This document shows, one piece after another, positions 58,325-64,000 of a stretch of 64,000 nucleotides of DNA. The notes beneath the pieces are model-generated. The model was not told the DNA's origin, did not search any database, and was given only the letters and a program-made list of their open reading frames with translations. Source of the DNA: an uncultured Pseudomonadota bacterium (GTDB taxonomy: Bacteria > Myxococcota_A > Polyangia > Fen-1088); contig CAWKBC010000027.1 in the NCBI GenBank assembly GCA_963847705.1, forward strand, positions 64,001 through 128,000, read 5' to 3'. Numbering within the stretch: position 1 is the first letter of the stretch; each line of letters starts with the position of its first letter. The position numbers and the translations under genes were made by a program.

Positions 58325-59776
58325 ATGGCCGACGTCAATCAAGCAGTCGCACCTTCGTCCCCGAGAGGAGCTCCCCGCACCGTGGAAAACAAAGGAAGAA
58401 TTCTGGTCGTCGACGACGAGGTGAACGCGCGGACGGCGCTCCTAGAGCTTCTCCGAGACGAAGGGTACGTGGTCGAGTCCGCGGCGGATGCCTTCAAGGC
58501 GCTGGGGAAGGTGGCCGATTTCGCGCCCGACCTCGTGCTGACCGATCTCAAGATGCCCGGCATGGACGGCCTGCAACTCCTCGCCAAGCTGCGCGAAACC
58601 GACGCCGACCTTCCGGTGATCGTGATGACCGCCTTCGGCGAGGTCGAAACGGCCGTCCGGGCCATGCGTTCGGGAGCGCGTGACTACCTGGCCAAGCCGG
58701 TGAACGTTGGCGAGCTCTCTGTCGTCGTGGCGCGCGAGCTGGAGCAGCGTCGCCTGCGGGCGGAGACCGGCCTTCTGCGGGCGCGCCTCGCCGAAAAGTA
58801 CAGCTTCGACAACATCATCGGCAGCTCGGCGCCGATGCAGGCCGTGTTCAAGACGGTGGCTCAGATCGCGCCGTCCCGGGCCAGTGTCCTCATCACGGGT
58901 GAGTCCGGCACGGGCAAGGAGCTCATCGCTGCCGCCATCCACGAGCACAGTCCTCGGGCCAAGGGGCCATTCGTCAAGCTCCACTGCGCCGCTTTGGCCG
59001 AGTCGATCCTGGAGAGCGAGCTCTTCGGGCACGAGAAGGGATCGTTCACCGGGGCGCAAACCCGCCGAGACGGGCGGTTCCAACAGGCCAACCACGGAAC
59101 GCTGTTCCTGGACGAGATCGGCGAGATCGCGCCGTCCGTCCAGGTGAAGTTGCTTCGCTTTCTGCAGGAGCGGGAGTTCGAGCGGGTGGGCGGAAATGAG
59201 ACCGTCAGCGTCGACGTGCGGGTCATCGCCGCCACCAACAGGAACCTCCAGCGGATGGTGGAGGAGGGGAAGTTCCGCGAGGATCTGTTCTACCGCCTGA
59301 ACGTCATCAGCCTGGAGATGCCGGCCCTTCGGGCCCGTCCTTCCGATACGACGCTGCTGGCCTCCTACTTTCTCCGCAAGTACGCCACCGAGAACGGAAA
59401 GGAGCTTCGGGGTTTCAGCTCCGAGGCGCTCGAGCACATGGCCGCCTACAACTGGCCAGGCAACGTCCGCGAGCTCGAGAACGTCGTCGAACGGGCTGTC
59501 GTGCTGGCTCAGTCGGCGGAGGTGACGCTTGCAGACCTGCCGCCGCAGCTGGCGACCGCCAAGCCGCGGGAAGGCCTTCAGATCCCTGGCGCGACGATGG
59601 ATGAAATCGAGCGCTACGCCATCACCAAGACGCTGGAATCGACCGGCGGCTCGACCAGCCGCGCCGCCGAGATCCTCAACATCAGCGTTCGCAAGATTCA
59701 GTACAAGCTCCACGAATTCGAAAGCGCCCCCAAGTCAGCGCTGCCGTCCGTGCGCGACGGGGAGCCGGAATCATGA
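58325..59776 (+). CDS. Sigma-54-dependent response regulator (NtrC/AtoC family)
   Basis: Receiver (LTDLKMP), GESGTGKE, ESELFGHEKGSFTGA, FLDEIGE, REDLFYRL, WPGNVRELEN, Fis-type HTH. Confidence 0.95.
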   Translation: MADVNQAVAPSSPRGAPRTVENKGRILVVDDEVNARTALLELLRDEGYVVESAADAFKALGKVADFAPDLVLTDLKMPGMDGLQLLAKLRETDADLPVIVMTAFGEVETAVRAMRSGARDYLAKPVNVGELSVVVARELEQRRLRAETGLLRARLAEKYSFDNIIGSSAPMQAVFKTVAQIAPSRASVLITGESGTGKELIAAAIHEHSPRAKGPFVKLHCAALAESILESELFGHEKGSFTGAQTRRDGRFQQANHGTLFLDEIGEIAPSVQVKLLRFLQEREFERVGGNETVSVDVRVIAATNRNLQRMVEEGKFREDLFYRLNVISLEMPALRARPSDTTLLASYFLRKYATENGKELRGFSSEALEHMAAYNWPGNVRELENVVERAVVLAQSAEVTLADLPPQLATAKPREGLQIPGATMDEIERYAITKTLESTGGSTSRAAEILNISVRKIQYKLHEFESAPKSALPSVRDGEPES

Positions 59777-60201
59777 GTATCAACTCCATCCTGGTCGGCG
59801 TGGACGGAAGCGAGGGTTCGCGGCGGGCGCTCAGCTTCGCCGGAGACCTCGCCGGGGCGTTCGGCGCGCGCTTGACGCTTCTTCACGTGATTGAGCCCTT
59901 CCCGGTTGGCGGCATGCTCGGCAACTTTGAGCCTCCGCTGTCGGAGCGGTACTCGCAGCAGATGCAGGCAGCCAATGTGTTCCTCGACAGGCTCGTCGAC
60001 GAGCTCTCCCTCGGCGACGCCGAGAAGACCATCGAGATGGGTCATCCGGGTGAAGTGATCTGTCACGAGGCGGCCGAGCGGGACGTCGACCTGATCGTCG
60101 TCGGGTGGCACGGACACCGTCCCGGGACCCGCCTTCTGATCGGCTCGATTGGCGCGCATGTCTTGGCGGCTGCGAACCGATCGGTGACAGTCGTCCACTA
60201 G
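59773..60201 (+). CDS. Universal stress protein
   Basis: ILVGVDGS, DLIVVG..LLIGSI..VTVVH. Confidence 0.9.
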   Translation: MSINSILVGVDGSEGSRRALSFAGDLAGAFGARLTLLHVIEPFPVGGMLGNFEPPLSERYSQQMQAANVFLDRLVDELSLGDAEKTIEMGHPGEVICHEAAERDVDLIVVGWHGHRPGTRLLIGSIGAHVLAAANRSVTVVH

Positions 60202-60207
60202 CTCTGT

Positions 60208-61605
60208 CTACACGCTGCGACTGAGGGGAAGCGTGAACGTGAAGCAGGTCTGGCCGGGCCGCGACGCGACGGTGATGGTGCCGCGATGGTCAGCCACGAT
60301 CCGGTGGACCAAGGCAAGACCGAGGCCGGTCCCCTGATCCTTGGTGGTGAAGAAGGCGTCGAAGACCGGTAGCTGGTCAGGAAATCCGGGGCCGTCGTCC
60401 TCGACGTCGATCTCGAGGAGATCTTCGCGACCGCGGGCCCGGAGGGTCAGAGTGCCTCCATGTTCCTGCATGGACTCCACCGCGTTGCGGGTCAGGTTGA
60501 GCAAAACCTGACGCAGACGCTCCGCATCGCCAGCCGCCCGAGGAAGCGCCGGGTCTGCTTCCACCTTCACGGCGATCCGCGCGGCCTCGGCTTCCGGCGC
60601 AATCAATTCGACGGTGCCTGCGAGCAGCTGCGAGAGATCCACCGGTCGCGGGTCGAGCGGCGTCGGCTTCGCAAAGGCCAGGAACTCCCGGACGAGCCGC
60701 TCCAGCCGGTCGATTTCACTCTTGATGATTCGAGTAATCGATGTGGCCCGGTCCCCGGTCTCCCCCCGTTCCAATCGGCGCTCGAGGACGGCGAGCTGAA
60801 GCGAGGCGGAGTTCAGCGGATTGCGAACCTCATGAGCCAGCCCAGCAGCCATCGTCCCGACCGCTGCCAGACGTTCCGCACGCATTGTCCGGAGCAACAT
60901 CTCCTGCTCGTCCGTCACGTCGATTCCGACGGCGTAGACGAGCGGGGCGCCGTCCGCCTCGGGGACCTCCGCGCGGCTCCATCGGACCTTGCGTGCGCCC
61001 CCTGCCTTCAGCGGAAGATCATGAGGACGTTCGTCCGAGCCGACCAACGCGGATCCCTCGGTTCCCAGCATTTCGCCGCGTGAGTAACCGGTCACGCGCT
61101 CGAGCTGACGATTCCAGGTCGAAATCCGCCCGCGTTCATCGAGAGCCAAAACGAAGGCCGGCACCGACTCGATGAGCTCGCGATGGCGGCGCTCCGAGCG
61201 CTCGAGGTCGAGGCGCAGATGTTCCCGGTCGCGATAAAGGCCCGATTGCTCGAGCGCCCGCCGGACGGTGTCCAACAGATCCGGTGGGGAAACGGGTTTG
61301 AGTACATAGGCGAAGGCGTCCCCGCGCACCGCCGCGATCGCACCTTCGAGGGTGGCGTTTCCGGTGACCAGCACCAGCTGGATGAAATGGGAACGCGCCC
61401 GCAGCGGCTCCAAAAGAGACATCCCGTCTCCATCCGGCAGGCGCACATCGATCAGCGCCACGTCGAAGTCCCGCTCGTTCACGAGCTCGAGCGCGGTCTT
61501 GCGATCCCGCGCGATGGCTGTCTCGACGCCCAGGCTCTCGACGATCTCGGCGACATTCTCTGCCAGCGCCTCGTCGTCATCGACGACCAGCACGTTTCCG
61601 TTCAT
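60208..61605 (-). CDS. Hybrid receiver-PAS-histidine kinase
   Basis: VLVVDDD..IDVRLP, PAS, AHEVRNPL, NLTRNA, DDGPG, GTGLGL. Confidence 0.92.
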   Translation of the reverse strand: MNGNVLVVDDDEALAENVAEIVESLGVETAIARDRKTALELVNERDFDVALIDVRLPDGDGMSLLEPLRARSHFIQLVLVTGNATLEGAIAAVRGDAFAYVLKPVSPPDLLDTVRRALEQSGLYRDREHLRLDLERSERRHRELIESVPAFVLALDERGRISTWNRQLERVTGYSRGEMLGTEGSALVGSDERPHDLPLKAGGARKVRWSRAEVPEADGAPLVYAVGIDVTDEQEMLLRTMRAERLAAVGTMAAGLAHEVRNPLNSASLQLAVLERRLERGETGDRATSITRIIKSEIDRLERLVREFLAFAKPTPLDPRPVDLSQLLAGTVELIAPEAEAARIAVKVEADPALPRAAGDAERLRQVLLNLTRNAVESMQEHGGTLTLRARGREDLLEIDVEDDGPGFPDQLPVFDAFFTTKDQGTGLGLALVHRIVADHRGTITVASRPGQTCFTFTLPLSRSV

Positions 61606-62783
61606 GCGGTCATGTTAGCCGCGATGGGGGCGGTGGGGAGAACGAGAACGAAGGCAGCGCCCTTATCGCTGGGGGCGAGCTGGATGCTGCCGCCGTGGGC
61701 CTCGGCGATGCGGCGGCAGAGCGCCAACCCGAGGCCGCTCCCCTTTGCCTTGGTCGTGAACAGCGCCTCGAAGATCCGATGACGGACCTCGACGGGGATG
61801 CCGGGGCCATCGTCGTGGACCCGGATCGAGGCTGCGCCGGCCGAAGGCACGGCCTCCGCCGCGACCTCGATGCGGCCACCCTGGGGCATCGCTTGGGCTG
61901 CGTTCGTGAACAGGTTGACCAGCACCTGCTGGATTTGATCGGGATCCACGTGAACCGCCAGGTCGTCGGGCAGGGCCGTCAGTGTGACCCGAACCAACGG
62001 CGGAAGAAGGGCCGTCGCGGTCGCGCTCTCGACCAGTTGGCGGAGATCTGTGGGAAGACGGCGCGGCGGTCGATTGCGTGCGAGGTCGAGAAGATCGTGA
62101 ATGGTCTTGTTCGCGCGGACGACCTCGCCGCCGATGCGATCGAGATGCTTGGCGACGTTGGGGAGGGATGCCGCGTCCTGTCCCAGGTGCTGGCGCAGGA
62201 GAAACAACGATGACTCGATGACGCCGAGGGGATTTCGAAGCTCGTGGCCGATCCCGGCGGCGAACTGGCCGATGGTGGCCAGACGCTCGGCGTTGCGGTT
62301 CTTCACGACGAGGTCTTCACGATAGGTCTCCAGCATGATCGCCAGCTCGAGGTCGAGGATCTGGTGGAGGGCCGTGGAGGCCCTCCGCAGAGCAGCGGGA
62401 TCGTCGACCAGCCGTTCGCGCACGACGTCGAGCAGGTGCACCCGGATGCGGTTCATCGCCGTGAACATGAATCCCTGCGGCAGATCGATGCGGACGTGGA
62501 CGCGGCCGATCCGCGCCCGCATTTGATAGTAGGCCTCGTCGTGTGGTCCGAGGAGCATGGTCTCCAGCCAGCGAACGAGCGTCTGTTTCAGCCGCTCGAC
62601 TTGAGCGGGCCCGCCCGTGATGGCTGCACGCGCGCTCGGGTGAGCCTCGATGGCGGAGTAAAAATCGTCGACGATCGACACGAACGACGGCTGCGCGATG
62701 GGGTGCAGCTCCCGGAGCGCAGCCGATGAAGCTTCTGTGAAGCCGACATACTGCTTGAGACTCTCGAAGAACGTGAGTGGCAT
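61602..62783 (-). CDS. Globin-coupled O2-sensor histidine kinase (AfGcHK-like)
   Basis: Sensor globin (YVGF, distal DDFY, proximal IGRVHVRI) plus GHELRNPLG, NLFTNA, DDGPGI, GSGLGL. Confidence 0.9.
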   Translation of the reverse strand: MPLTFFESLKQYVGFTEASSAALRELHPIAQPSFVSIVDDFYSAIEAHPSARAAITGGPAQVERLKQTLVRWLETMLLGPHDEAYYQMRARIGRVHVRIDLPQGFMFTAMNRIRVHLLDVVRERLVDDPAALRRASTALHQILDLELAIMLETYREDLVVKNRNAERLATIGQFAAGIGHELRNPLGVIESSLFLLRQHLGQDAASLPNVAKHLDRIGGEVVRANKTIHDLLDLARNRPPRRLPTDLRQLVESATATALLPPLVRVTLTALPDDLAVHVDPDQIQQVLVNLFTNAAQAMPQGGRIEVAAEAVPSAGAASIRVHDDGPGIPVEVRHRIFEALFTTKAKGSGLGLALCRRIAEAHGGSIQLAPSDKGAAFVLVLPTAPIAANMTA

Positions 62784-62807
62784 GGTCCGAACCGCCTGCG
62801 AGTCCAG

Positions 62808-64000
62808 TTAGCCACCCCTTTGAGGTTTGCTCCGCGGCGGTCGGCCGAGGCGCTTTTCGACCGCGAGGACCGACTGGGTGGTCTTGAGCACGGTGTCCGG
62901 ATTGAGGCTCATCGATTCGATCCCGAGCTCGACGAGATAGGCGGCCATATCGGGATAGTCCGAGGGCGCCTGCCCACACAGACCACTGTGGATGCCGTTT
63001 CGCCGGCAACCTTCCACGGCGAGGCGGATCATCTGCTTGACGCCCTCGTCCCGCTCATCGTAGTCGAAGGCGACGATGCCGCTATCGCGGTCGACCCCGA
63101 GGGTGAGCTGGGTGAGATCGTTCGAGCCGATGGAGAAGCCGTCGAAGAGCTTGGCGAACCGATCGATCAGGATGACGTTGTTCGGGATCTCGCACATCGC
63201 ATAGACCTTGAGGCCGTTTTCGCCCCGCTTGAGGCCGAGCTCCCCCATCCGGCCAAGGACCTGCTCGGCCTCCGCGACCCGGCGCACGAACGGGAGCATC
63301 AGGATCACGTTGGTCAGCCCCATCGTCTCTCGGACCCTCTTCATCGCTTTGCACTCGAGCGCAAATCCGGCCGCGTACGCAGGGTGCGCGTAGCGGGAGG
63401 CACCCCGGAACCCGAGCATCGGGTTCGCTTCCAAGGGTTCGAAATCCGCCCCTCCCACTAGGCTGGCGTACTCGTTGGTCTTGAAGTCGGACATCCGAAC
63501 CACCACAGGCTTTGGCCAGAAGGCCGCTGCGATCGTCCCGATTCCCTCCGACAGCCGCTCGACGAAGAAGGCCTCGCCGTCGGAGTAGCCGGTGAGCAAC
63601 CGGGCGATCGTCTCCCGGGCCGCTGGATCCTTGACCTGTTCGGGATGCAGCAACGCGAGCGGATGAACCTTGATCGCCTCGCTGATGATGAACTCCATCC
63701 GGGCCAGCCCCACGCCGTCGTTGGGCAGGAAGGAGGTCTTGAACGCGAGATCGGGGTTCCCGAGATTGACCATGATCTCCGTGCTCGGGCGCGGGATCTC
63801 GCCCACCTCGGTTCGGACCGCGTGAAACGGCACCTGACCTCGGTAGACCCGCCCGGTGCCGCCCTCGGTGCAAGAGACGGTCACGGTCGCCCCGTTCGGA
63901 ATCCGGGAAGTCGCGTCGCCCACACCGACGACCGCCGGCACGCCGAGCTCGCGCGCGATGATGGCGGCGTGGCAGGTTCGGCCACCGCGGTTGGTGACGA
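62808..64000 (-). CDS. ppsA: Phosphoenolpyruvate synthase (3' part; begins beyond the window)
   Basis: TNRGGRTCHAAI, GVGLARMEF, RMSDFKTNEY, NPMLGFRGA, CEIPNN, SIGSNDLTQ, GLCGQAPSD. Confidence 0.95.
   Translation of the reverse strand, partial: VTNRGGRTCHAAIIARELGVPAVVGVGDATSRIPNGATVTVSCTEGGTGRVYRGQVPFHAVRTEVGEIPRPSTEIMVNLGNPDLAFKTSFLPNDGVGLARMEFIISEAIKVHPLALLHPEQVKDPAARETIARLLTGYSDGEAFFVERLSEGIGTIAAAFWPKPVVVRMSDFKTNEYASLVGGADFEPLEANPMLGFRGASRYAHPAYAAGFALECKAMKRVRETMGLTNVILMLPFVRRVAEAEQVLGRMGELGLKRGENGLKVYAMCEIPNNVILIDRFAKLFDGFSIGSNDLTQLTLGVDRDSGIVAFDYDERDEGVKQMIRLAVEGCRRNGIHSGLCGQAPSDYPDMAAYLVELGIESMSLNPDTVLKTTQSVLAVEKRLGRPPRSKPQRGG

Overview
High-GC bacterial DNA, most likely a myxobacterium (a MYXO-CTERM protein and an Anaeromyxobacter-type globin-coupled kinase are present). 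Positions 1-20.6 kb look like core chromosome: OM barrel, FKBP, ABC-F, DEAD-box helicase, a DUF4912-GH57-glgA-methyltransferase glucan operon, VIT1, OsmC, a methyltransferase preceded by what looks like a WWW Trp-attenuator leader, a PL9 lyase and glycogen phosphorylase. At 20614-20655 the 5' half of a tRNA-Leu(TAG) stops just after the anticodon loop. From there a putative genomic island runs past the window end; no integrase is visible in the window. Its cargo looks like a low-oxygen/fermentation kit: globin-coupled histidine kinase, hybrid kinase, dual-receiver regulator, sigma-54 activator, a complete N-ATPase operon (atpDCQRBEFAG), MgtA, LdhA, PpsA, Pat-type acetyltransferase, three USPs, two CBS proteins, hemerythrin-YceI, cytochrome c', an Rv2004c-like kinase and a MacAB-TolC-like exporter. 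I read 17 correctly spaced sigma-54 -24/-12 promoters in the island's intergenic regions. Nine loci also carry a pair of GCGCA-N5-TGCGC-type palindromes 29-31 bp apart. Together these suggest a self-contained, mobile, O2-sensing sigma-54 regulon. The island's left end is full of gene remnants. Several single-base frameshifts are probably sequencing errors. All family assignments come from motif recognition by eye; no database search was run.
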